From Actinomycetota bacterium (GTDB lineage: Bacteria; Actinomycetota; Acidimicrobiia; IMCC26256; VFJJ01): a stretch of DNA of 33,126 nt. The stretch covers positions 1 to 33,126 of the forward strand of contig VFJJ01000160.1 of the NCBI GenBank assembly GCA_009886115.1. Reading direction: 5' to 3'. A program made the position numbers and the translations under genes. The notes beneath the pieces are model-generated. The model made no database searches and was not told the DNA's origin. It saw only the letters and a program-made list of their open reading frames with translations. Shown here one piece after another: positions 25,474 through 33,126 of this stretch; the first letter of the stretch is position 1; the number at the start of each line of letters is the position of its first letter.

Positions 25474-26639
25474 CGGTCGACCCCCAGCACCATGGTGGCG
25501 TGGGCCCAGGTGTTCTGGACGCCTCCGTTCCCACCGTGACCGCTCACAAGCGCAACCTGCGCATCGGGCACCTGCGTTGCGGCGCTCTCGCGTCGGATCT
25601 GCCGTAGGCCCTCGATCACCGCCGTGAAGCCGGTGGCGTAGAACCCCGATAACTGACCGCCGCCCGTGTTGGTGGGTATCGCACCGTCGAGCCGCAGGGC
25701 ACCCGAAGCGACGAACGGGCCACCGTCGCCCGGTGCACAAAAGCCGAAGGCCTCGAGCTGCATGATCACCGAGATCGTGAATGGGTCGTAGAGCGCGGCG
25801 ACGTCGACGTCACCGAGCGAGATGCCGGCCTGACCAAAGGCCGTGGCCTTGGCTGGTGCGATGTCGTCGTGGAGGTCGTACACGTCTCCGGTCCACCAGT
25901 TGCGCATGTTGTGTCCGGAACCGAAGCCGAGAACCACCGCCGGCGTCGACGCCAGATCGCGAGCACGCTCGACGGAGGTGACGATCACACAGACGCCGCC
26001 GTCAGTGTCGCGGCAACAATCGAGCAAGCGGAGGGGGTCGACCACCATCCGCGAGCTCTGGTGCTCTTCGAGGGTGATCGGTGTGCCGTAGCCGAGCGTG
26101 CCGGGCCGCACCGATGCATGCGCCCGCTGCGCGACGGCGACGGCGCCGAGGTGCTCGGAGGTGGTGCCGTAGCGGTGCATGTGACGACGGGCGTGGAGGG
26201 CGTGGCTCATGCCGGCACCGATGAAGCCGTAGAGACGTGGGTAGCCATAGCTGTACGTGCCGAACGAACCCTTGGTGCCGTCGGCCCGGGCCATGCGCCC
26301 GCCGGTGGGCGCAGCGCCGTAGATGCACGCCACCGTTGCGGCCTGCCCGGTGAGGATCGCACCGATCGCGTTGATGATCGACCAGATCGCGGTCGCGCCA
26401 CCCGATTGCATCGTGTAGGCGAAGCCTGGAGCGAGACCGAGATGGCGAATGTCGTCGAACATCTCGCTCGACGTTCCGATGCAGCCGTCGATGTCGCGAC
26501 GGGAGAGGCCGGCATCCCCGAGCGCGAGCTCGAGCGCCTCACGTCGCAGGTCGCGCGGCGAGCGGCCCAAGTGCGGTCCCTGATCGGTGACGCCGAGGCC
26601 GGCGACGGCGAAGGAGCGACTGATCCCCGTCGTGGGCAC
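25470..26639 (-). CDS. SCP-x / Ltp2-type thiolase-family protein
   Basis: DPLRLLDCCRDTDGG, YDPFT, PTNTGGGQLS. GTG 26639 follows GAGGGAGG. The N-terminal catalytic Cys position reads QSGGAT. Confidence 0.88.
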   Translation of the reverse strand: MPTTGISRSFAVAGLGVTDQGPHLGRSPRDLRREALELALGDAGLSRRDIDGCIGTSSEMFDDIRHLGLAPGFAYTMQSGGATAIWSIINAIGAILTGQAATVACIYGAAPTGGRMARADGTKGSFGTYSYGYPRLYGFIGAGMSHALHARRHMHRYGTTSEHLGAVAVAQRAHASVRPGTLGYGTPITLEEHQSSRMVVDPLRLLDCCRDTDGGVCVIVTSVERARDLASTPAVVLGFGSGHNMRNWWTGDVYDLHDDIAPAKATAFGQAGISLGDVDVAALYDPFTISVIMQLEAFGFCAPGDGGPFVASGALRLDGAIPTNTGGGQLSGFYATGFTAVIEGLRQIRRESAATQVPDAQVALVSGHGGNGGVQNTWAHATMVLGVDR

Positions 26640-26721
26640 GAGCCCTCCCTCATCTCCTGCCCGGTACCTGAGGCTGTCGCTCTCAACCGGCTCGAATCTC
26701 AGCGGATCGCTCGGCATGCTA

Positions 26722-27001
26722 GTACCGCGCTCGTCGGTGACGGTGGCGACGACGACCTGCAGGCGCTTGCCCTCCCGCACCACCTCGGCATCGACGCCGA
26801 GGCGTCCGAGCGGGACGGGCCGGTGCATGTCGATGGTGATCCGAGCGATCCGCATCGGCACGCGGGTCGGCATGCGCTCCACGGTCCACGTCAGCAAGGC
26901 TGCGGGTGTCCCCCCATGCTGGGCGTTCGGATCCCAGGGCCCCTGCGTGAGGACGGTCGCCACAACCGCAGCGTCCCGTCCGGTATGAACATCGCATCCA
27001 C
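26722..27001 (-). pseudogene. Truncated, frameshifted TesB-like thioesterase
   Basis: TQGPWDPNAQHGGTPAALL...RITIDMHRPVP...VREGKRLQVV is the first hot-dog domain only. The RBS-preceded GTG at 27001 (MDAMFIPDG) is out of frame by one base near 26975-26977. Confidence 0.65.
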
Positions 27002-27071
27002 TCGGACTTCCTACACGACGCGCGGATACATCCACGGGTCGACGCGTACCGGATCGCTCGCCAGCGGGGCC

Positions 27072-28880
27072 TCAGGTCTCGCTGGTGGGCAGCGGGGTCC
27101 GTACGAGACCGGGGAACGTCCCGTCTTCGCGCCATTGCCGAAGGATCTCCACGAACTCCAGCGCGCTGGCCATGTAGGCGCCACCGCGCTTGGCGCTCTC
27201 GGGAGGCGGGGCGCCCTCCATGTTGAGGTAGCTCGGCGTGCAGTCGGCGTAGTAGTTGCCGTAGGCCGGCAGCGTACGGACGATGACCTGATACCAGTCC
27301 TCCTCGGCGTCCATCGTCGGTTCGATGGTGTCGACCCCGTCGTCGATCGCGGCGGCGATGGTGACGGCGGTGTGGCGGGCGATCTCGGTGATGGCAAAGG
27401 CGAAGTTGATGTGTTGGCCGCCCTGCACGAAGCTGTTCATCGCCAGGTTCGGGAAGCCGTGGGTGTGGATGCCGTGCAGCGTCCAGGGGCCGTGCTCCCA
27501 GGCCTCCGACAATGAGACGCCGCCGATGCCCACGGGGTCGAAGCCGAGCCGGTGCGTGTAGAAGGTCTGGTTCTCGAAGCCCGACGCGTAGATGATGCAG
27601 TCGACCGCGTACTCGGTCTCGCCGACGACCACACCAGTGGGCGTGATGCGGTCGACCCCACGACCGTGGGTGTCGACGAGCTTCACGTTGGGGCGGTTGA
27701 ACGCCGGCAGGTAGTCGTCGTGGAAGCACGGCCGCTTGCAGCTGACCTTGTACCAGGGCTTGAGCGCATCAGCGGTCTCGGGATCGTCGACGATCCCGTC
27801 GACCCGGGCGCGGATGCCTTCCATCAGCTGGAAATCGAGCAACTCCAGCTCGCGCGCCTCGTCGTCGGTCGCGGCCGGCTTCTTCGGGTCGACGCAGAAC
27901 AGGGCGGTCCACCCGTCGTCCACCATGTCGACCGGCGGGTTGAGCCCGGTGGTCATGGCCACGAAGTTGGCGATCCGGTCGAGCTGCCAGCCCGGCGTGC
28001 TGGCCATCTCCCGGAACCACTCGGGGTCGGTGTCGCGCTGGTCGCGAGCGCTCACGGCCGAAGGCGTCCGCTGGAAGACATAGAGCTGCTTGGCCGCCTC
28101 GGCGAGCTTGGGGACGGCCTGCACCGCCGTGGCCCCCGTGCCGACGATGGCGACGACCTTGTCGGCCAACTGGTCCATCGGCTCCTCGGGCCCGCCGCCG
28201 GTGTAGCGGTAGTCCCACCGGCTGGTGTGGAACGAGTGCCCCTGGAACGTTTCGATTCCGGGGATCCCCGGGAGCTTGGCCTTGTGCAGCACGCCTCCGC
28301 AGATCACCACGAACCGCGCCGAGATGCGATCGTCGCGCGTGGTCGTCACCTGCCAGCGGTGCGCCCCCCGGTCCCAGACCATGTCGGTGACCTCGGTCTG
28401 GAACATGGCCGCCGGATACATGTCATAGCGACGAGCCGTCTGCTGGCAGTACTCGAAGATCTCTGCGGCGTGCGAGTACTTGTGCTTGGGCATGAAGCCG
28501 CTCTCCTCGAGGAGCGGCAGGTAGCAGTACGACTCCACATCGCACATGCAGCCGGGGTAACGGTTCCAGTACCACGTGCCGCCGAAGTCGCCGGCCTTGT
28601 CGATGATGCGGAAGCGATCGATGCCCTGCTTGCGCAAGAACGCAGCGGTGGTCATGCCGCCGAAGCCGGCCCCCACGATGAGGACGTCGGTCTCCTCCAC
28701 GATCGGGTCACGCACGAAGCCCGGCTCGACCCACGGATCGGCGTCGAAGTCGCCAGCGACGTCGGCGAGATCTCGGTACTGGCCGTCGCCCTCGGGCCGG
28801 AGCCGAGCCTGCCGCTCGCGCTCGTAGCGCTCGCGTAGCTCCTCTGGCGAGAACTCCAGGTGTGCACCCTGCTCGGTCAT
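27072..28880 (-). CDS. Baeyer-Villiger monooxygenase (cyclododecanone/PntE-like long type)
   Basis: GAGFGG, GGTWYWNRYPG, FQGHSFHTSRWD, GTGATA, CKRPCFHD. GAGG RBS. Confidence 0.94.
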   Translation of the reverse strand: MTEQGAHLEFSPEELRERYERERQARLRPEGDGQYRDLADVAGDFDADPWVEPGFVRDPIVEETDVLIVGAGFGGMTTAAFLRKQGIDRFRIIDKAGDFGGTWYWNRYPGCMCDVESYCYLPLLEESGFMPKHKYSHAAEIFEYCQQTARRYDMYPAAMFQTEVTDMVWDRGAHRWQVTTTRDDRISARFVVICGGVLHKAKLPGIPGIETFQGHSFHTSRWDYRYTGGGPEEPMDQLADKVVAIVGTGATAVQAVPKLAEAAKQLYVFQRTPSAVSARDQRDTDPEWFREMASTPGWQLDRIANFVAMTTGLNPPVDMVDDGWTALFCVDPKKPAATDDEARELELLDFQLMEGIRARVDGIVDDPETADALKPWYKVSCKRPCFHDDYLPAFNRPNVKLVDTHGRGVDRITPTGVVVGETEYAVDCIIYASGFENQTFYTHRLGFDPVGIGGVSLSEAWEHGPWTLHGIHTHGFPNLAMNSFVQGGQHINFAFAITEIARHTAVTIAAAIDDGVDTIEPTMDAEEDWYQVIVRTLPAYGNYYADCTPSYLNMEGAPPPESAKRGGAYMASALEFVEILRQWREDGTFPGLVRTPLPTSET

Positions 28881-28937
28881 CTGGCACCTACCTCGTGGTT
28901 CGTCGTCTGAACGGGCGTTGCGTGCACGTCCGAGAAC

Positions 28938-28967
28938 ATGCTAGAAGTAGATTCTAGTTCTAGTCAA
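28938..28967 (-). promoter_or_regulatory. SigA-type promoter (-35 TTGACT, 18 bp, -10 TAGCAT) with overlapping palindromic operator CTAGAA-N5-TTCTAG
   Basis: AT-rich island between the divergent BVMO and TetR genes. Palindrome at 28941-28957, with a second offset imperfect copy at 28948-28962. Confidence 0.75.
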
Positions 28968-29007
28968 GGTGTGCCGTACTGTTCGAGATTCCGATGGAAC
29001 GGAGCCG

Positions 29008-29652
29008 ATGAGCGCGATCCCGAGATCCGAGGCGCTCGAACGCACATCGGGGCCCCCCGAGCGCGATGGGCTGCCGGCGGCGCAGCGCGCCCGGCGCGAC
29101 CGCATCGTCGGCGCGGCCATCGCGCTCCTCGACGACGCCGAGTACGAAGCGGTCCAGATGCGAGACGTCGCCAAGCGCGGCGGGGTCGCGCTCGGGACGC
29201 TCTATCGCTACTTCTCCTCGAAGGAACATCTCTACGCGGCGTCGCTCGTCGCCTGGTCGTCGGAGTACGGCCAGCCGCGACGGATGGCGGCGTTCGCCAG
29301 CATGGACGATGAAGACCGCCTGCGGGCCCTGTTGCGCCGGACCGTCCGCGCGTTCGAGCGCTCCCCCCAGATGTTCCGGGTCCACATGGTCGTCGAGCAA
29401 TCGACCGATCCCAACGCCGCTGCGCTCTACCACGACTTCTCGGCCATGAACACCGCCGTGCTGCGGACCGCGCTACGCGACCTGGAGCCGTCAACGGCGA
29501 GCGCCGTCATCAACACCGTCGACGGCGTCCTCGAGACCTGGCTGCGCGCCTGGGCCCTGGGCCGGTGCCCGATCCAGGAGGTCAACACCGTCGTGCAGGA
29601 CGCGATCGGCCTCATCTTCGGCGGACACCCGGCGACGGCCGGCACGTCGTGA
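29008..29652 (+). CDS. TetR-family transcriptional regulator, KstR-like
   Basis: AQRARRDRI...YEAVQMRDVAKRGGVALGTLYRYFSSKEHL closely resembles the KstR DNA-binding domain. GGAG RBS. Confidence 0.9.
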   Translation: MSAIPRSEALERTSGPPERDGLPAAQRARRDRIVGAAIALLDDAEYEAVQMRDVAKRGGVALGTLYRYFSSKEHLYAASLVAWSSEYGQPRRMAAFASMDDEDRLRALLRRTVRAFERSPQMFRVHMVVEQSTDPNAAALYHDFSAMNTAVLRTALRDLEPSTASAVINTVDGVLETWLRAWALGRCPIQEVNTVVQDAIGLIFGGHPATAGTS

Positions 29653-29723
29653 GCCCGGCACCGAACCATCCCGCCGACCGAGAATCGGCGGCGACACCAC
29701 CCGAACCCAAAGGAGCGGCAACC

Positions 29724-31601
29724 ATGGAGCCAACGATCGATCGGACCTTCATCCGGCGGGCGATCGAGCTCGCCGACCTGAACGCGGTGCGGGTCACCCT
29801 CTACCAGCACACGCACGATCCGGAGATCGCCGCCCTGCCGGTAGCCGCCCAGCTCGACGAGACCGGGCGGGAGGTGCTCGTCGCCAAGGCCGTCGACTGG
29901 CTCTGCGAGCACGCCGATCCGGCGATGCCGGCCGAGCCACCCGAGGTCGAGCTGCGGGCACTCATGGACATGGCCACCGGAGGGCACATGGGCGATCTCG
30001 AGTTCGAGTCCCGCCGTGACCTGCCGGCGTTCAAGGCGTTCCCCTGGACGGTGGAGTGGAGCGACGCCAAGCCGGACCTGCCAGAGGGTTTTCAGGTCGC
30101 GATCATCGGCAGCGGATTCAGCGGTCTGGCGATGGCGGTGCAACTCGAGCTGCTCGGCATCCCGTACGTCGTGCTCGAGCGCCGCCCTGACCCGGGCGGG
30201 ACGTGGAGCGTCAACCGTTACCCCGACATCCGCGTCGACACCATCTCGATCACCTACGAATACAGCTTCGAGAAGAAGTTCCCGTGGAAGGAGTACTTCG
30301 GGCGGGGTGCCGAGGTGCGGGAGTACCTCGAATACATCTCGAAGAAGTACGGCGTGTTCACGCACACGCGCTTCGAGCGGGAGCTCACGTCGGCCACGTT
30401 CGACGAGTCTCGTGACCTCTGGGTCCTCGAGCTCCAGACACCCGATGGCGTCGAGACGGTCGAGGCCAACGCGATCGTCAACGCGGTCGGCACGTTCGCC
30501 AATCCGAACTTCCCCCGCTTCGAGGGCCAGGAGATCTTCGGTGGCCAGATTCTGCACCCGGCTCGTTGGCCGGCCGACTTCGACGCGACAGGCAAGCGTG
30601 TGGCGATCATCGGGAACGGTTCCACGGGGGTGCAACTCCTCGCCCCGATCGCCGAGGACGCCGACCAGGTCCACGTCTTCCAGCGCACACCGCAGTGGAT
30701 CAGCCCGCGCGACAAGTACGGCAAGCCCGTCGAACCCGAGATCCGTTGGCTGGTCGACAACTTCCCGGGCTATTGGAACTGGTGGCGCTACATGGCCATC
30801 GCCTCGCTGTTCGGTACCCACGGCTATCTCGTGGCCGATGAGGAGTGGAAGGCCCAAGGCGGCAAGTTCAACCCGATGAACGACAAGCTGCGCGACGACC
30901 TCACCGGCTATATCAAGGTCCAGACCGGCGGTCGCCAGGACCTCGTCGACCGCCTGATCCCTGAGTATGCGCCGTTTTCACGCCGCCCCGTCGTCGACAA
31001 CGGGTGGTACAAGGCGCTTACCCGCGACAACGTGGAGCTGGTCACCGACGACATCGCTCGCCTCACGCCCACCGGTATCGAGACGGTCGACGGCACCGTT
31101 CGCGAGGTCGACACGATCGTCACCGCCACGGGATTCGAGGTCGCCAAGTACCTCTGGCCGGCGCGCTACTCGGGTAGGGGCGGCATCGAGCTGCACGAGC
31201 AATGGTCGGTCGACGGCCCGCGGGCCTATCTCGGCATGATGGTCCCGGGGTTCCCCAACATGTTCACGCTTTATGGTCCGAATTCGCAGCCGCTGTCGGG
31301 CGGGACCGGCCTGCCCATCTGGTACGTGATCTGGTCGGCATACGCGGCGCGCTGCCTGGTCACGATGCTCGAGACCGGGCGGTCGCGCGTCGAGGTCAAG
31401 CAGGAGGCGTTCACCCGCTACAACACCGACCTCGACGAGACCGCCAGCAACCTGCTCCTCCTCCGCGAGGAAGGCGCCCCCGACAAGAACTACTACGTCA
31501 ACAGCGAGCACCGCCGGCTCCAGGTGAGTGCGCCGTGGTATGGCCCCGAGTACCACCGGATGTGTACGCACGTGAACTGGGACGACCTCGAGCTCGCCTG
31601 A
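29724..31601 (+). CDS. Baeyer-Villiger monooxygenase with N-terminal extension (4-hydroxyacetophenone monooxygenase-like)
   Basis: AAGGAG RBS, about 120-aa N-terminal extension, GSGFSG, GGTWSVNRYPD, FGGQILHPARW, GNGSTG, PNMFTLYGPN. Confidence 0.92.
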   Translation: MEPTIDRTFIRRAIELADLNAVRVTLYQHTHDPEIAALPVAAQLDETGREVLVAKAVDWLCEHADPAMPAEPPEVELRALMDMATGGHMGDLEFESRRDLPAFKAFPWTVEWSDAKPDLPEGFQVAIIGSGFSGLAMAVQLELLGIPYVVLERRPDPGGTWSVNRYPDIRVDTISITYEYSFEKKFPWKEYFGRGAEVREYLEYISKKYGVFTHTRFERELTSATFDESRDLWVLELQTPDGVETVEANAIVNAVGTFANPNFPRFEGQEIFGGQILHPARWPADFDATGKRVAIIGNGSTGVQLLAPIAEDADQVHVFQRTPQWISPRDKYGKPVEPEIRWLVDNFPGYWNWWRYMAIASLFGTHGYLVADEEWKAQGGKFNPMNDKLRDDLTGYIKVQTGGRQDLVDRLIPEYAPFSRRPVVDNGWYKALTRDNVELVTDDIARLTPTGIETVDGTVREVDTIVTATGFEVAKYLWPARYSGRGGIELHEQWSVDGPRAYLGMMVPGFPNMFTLYGPNSQPLSGGTGLPIWYVIWSAYAARCLVTMLETGRSRVEVKQEAFTRYNTDLDETASNLLLLREEGAPDKNYYVNSEHRRLQVSAPWYGPEYHRMCTHVNWDDLELA

Positions 31602-31650
31602 CGCATGACGCAGTGACGGGCGTGTCTCGCAGGCTTCTACACGTGATGCC

Positions 31651-31884
31651 ATGGCGGTCACGATCGAGCTCCCAGCCGAAGCGCAGGCACGCCTCGAGGC
31701 CGAGGCCGCCCGCCGTCGGATCACGCTTGATCAACTCATCGCCGATCTCGCCGCGACCCTCCCCGCCGAGGACCCGCTCGAAGCGTTCATCGGGTCAGGG
31801 TCGTCGGGCCAAGGAGACCTCGGTCGTCGCCACCGCGAGATCCGAGCCGAGCACACGGCCGGTCTCGCCGCGCGCGATCTCTGA
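31651..31884 (+). CDS. Putative VapB/CopG-like antitoxin
   Basis: 77 aa, VTIELP...RLEAEAARRRITLDQLI (RHH-like) and FIGSGSSGQGDL, directly upstream of a PIN N-terminus. Confidence 0.75.
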   Translation: MAVTIELPAEAQARLEAEAARRRITLDQLIADLAATLPAEDPLEAFIGSGSSGQGDLGRRHREIRAEHTAGLAARDL

Positions 31885-31888
31885 GCGC

Positions 31889-32236
31889 GTGACGATCATC
31901 GTCGACACGGGAGTCCTGATCGCCGCAGCCGACACCGACGACACCGATCACGACCGCTGCGCGGCGGTGCTGCGCGACCACCACGGTGAGCTTCACGTGC
32001 CAGCGCCGGTCATCCCCGACGCCGACGGCTACGGCTACGGCTACGGCTGGGCGTTGCTCTCCGAGGCGCGAGTCCCTGCCCGGGTCGCCGTCGGTCGCAT
32101 GTTGCTGGCTGGCAACTCCCAAGCGATCGCCGTGGTACGTGTGGTGGCCGTCGACGACGACGGCCAGGTCCACTTCGCCGTCCTTCCCGGACCCGTCAAC
32201 AAGAACCAGCATCTGCTCGACCACGCGTCGGCCTGA
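31889..32236 (+). pseudogene. Truncated VapC (PIN) toxin fused in frame to an unrelated small-protein C-terminus
   Basis: MTIIVDTGVLIAAADTDDTDHDRC...LHVPAPVI is a PIN N-terminus. The expected conserved Glu and later Asp residues are missing after about 32014. An (ACGGCT)x4 repeat lies at 32025-32048. Confidence 0.65.
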
Positions 32237-32369
32237 CAAGCCACCGGCGCGACGCCTCAGGAGCACCACGAGCTACATCGCGTGATCTCCAGGGCGTGCC
32301 AGCATCGCTATCCGCTGCCCCATGATCGAGGGCGAGCGGTGGTGGTGGTCGGCGTGGGAGGCTGGGCGT

Positions 32370-33126
32370 GTGGAGAGCCTGCCTTCGGGAACCGTCACCT
32401 TCTTGTTCAGCGATATCGAGGGTTCGACGCGTCGTTGGCAGGACGAACCCGAAGCGATGCGGGCCTTGCTTTCCGAGCACGACACGATCCTGAGGGACGT
32501 GATCGTCAAGCATCGTGGAACGCTGTTCAAGCACACCGGTGACGGGGTGGCGGCGGTGTTCGCTTCGGCGGCCGATGCGGTGAACGGGGCGGTCGACGCG
32601 CAGGCCCGGCTCCACGGGGTGTTACCGGTGCGGATGGGTTTGCATACCGGTGAGGCCGAGTTACGTGACGGCGACTATTTCGGCTCCACGTTGAACCGGT
32701 GTGCCCGGTTGATGGGTGTTGCGCATGGCGGCCAGGTCGTGTGCAGCGCCGCGACCGTCGAGTTGGTACGTGACCGGGATGATCTGACCGATCTGGGGGA
32801 GCATCGTCTGCGGGATCTGCTGCGGGCGGAGCACGTGTGGCAGGTCGGAGGTGGTGGTGAGTTCGCGGCGTTGCGGTCGCTGGCGAATTTGCCGACGAAC
32901 TTGCCGTTGCAGCAGACGTCGTTGATCGGCCGTGACGTTGATCTGACCGAGACGATCGAGGCGCTCGACGAGGCTGTTGTGGTGACCCTGACCGGTGTTG
33001 GTGGTGTGGGTAAGACACGGTTGGCGTTGCAGGTCGCGGCGGAGCTTCTGCCGGGGTTCGCGGGGGGAGCGTGGCTGGTCGAGTTGGCGGCGGTGGGTGA
33101 GGCCGAGACGTTGCTCGATGTGATCG
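32370..33126 (+). CDS. Class III adenylate/guanylate cyclase fused to a STAND-type ATPase; 3'-truncated at window edge (absent from ORF track)
   Basis: GGGAGG RBS. Hand translation gives LPSGTVTFLFSDIEGST, KHTGDG, VRMGLHTGE, DYFGSTLNRCARL, TNLP...IGR and Walker A TLTGVGGVGKTRLA. Confidence 0.92.
   Translation, partial: MESLPSGTVTFLFSDIEGSTRRWQDEPEAMRALLSEHDTILRDVIVKHRGTLFKHTGDGVAAVFASAADAVNGAVDAQARLHGVLPVRMGLHTGEAELRDGDYFGSTLNRCARLMGVAHGGQVVCSAATVELVRDRDDLTDLGEHRLRDLLRAEHVWQVGGGGEFAALRSLANLPTNLPLQQTSLIGRDVDLTETIEALDEAVVVTLTGVGGVGKTRLALQVAAELLPGFAGGAWLVELAAVGEAETLLDVI

Noticed and set aside
25470..27035. Novel thioesterase-thiolase fusion protein
   Set aside because: The thioesterase part is partial and frameshifted from its natural start, and the thiolase has its own RBS and putative -10.

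Overview
High-GC, actinobacterial-looking window (Acidimicrobiia-like gene repertoire; lineage is an inference). It is dominated by lipid/steroid/alicyclic-type catabolic genes: three flavin (Baeyer-Villiger-type) monooxygenases, two cytochromes P450, three acyl-CoA dehydrogenases, an acyl-CoA ligase, a family III CoA transferase, an SCP-x thiolase + DUF35 pair, a twin MaoC dehydratase, two amidohydrolases, SDRs, two SnoaL proteins, a cyclase, probable F420-linked oxidoreductases and a KstR-like TetR regulator with a visible operator/promoter. It also carries a cNMP-histidine kinase / receiver-thioredoxin-reductase-like pair, a broken vapBC locus and the start of an adenylate cyclase-ATPase gene. 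The most interesting signal is a MerB (organomercurial lyase)-like gene that the ORF track splits in two (11735-12394). Its in-frame TGA falls where the second catalytic Cys belongs and is followed by a well-formed bacterial SECIS-like hairpin, so it is a strong candidate selenoprotein, with no mer operon in the window. At least five deletion or frameshift scars suggest the region is eroding or mosaic.
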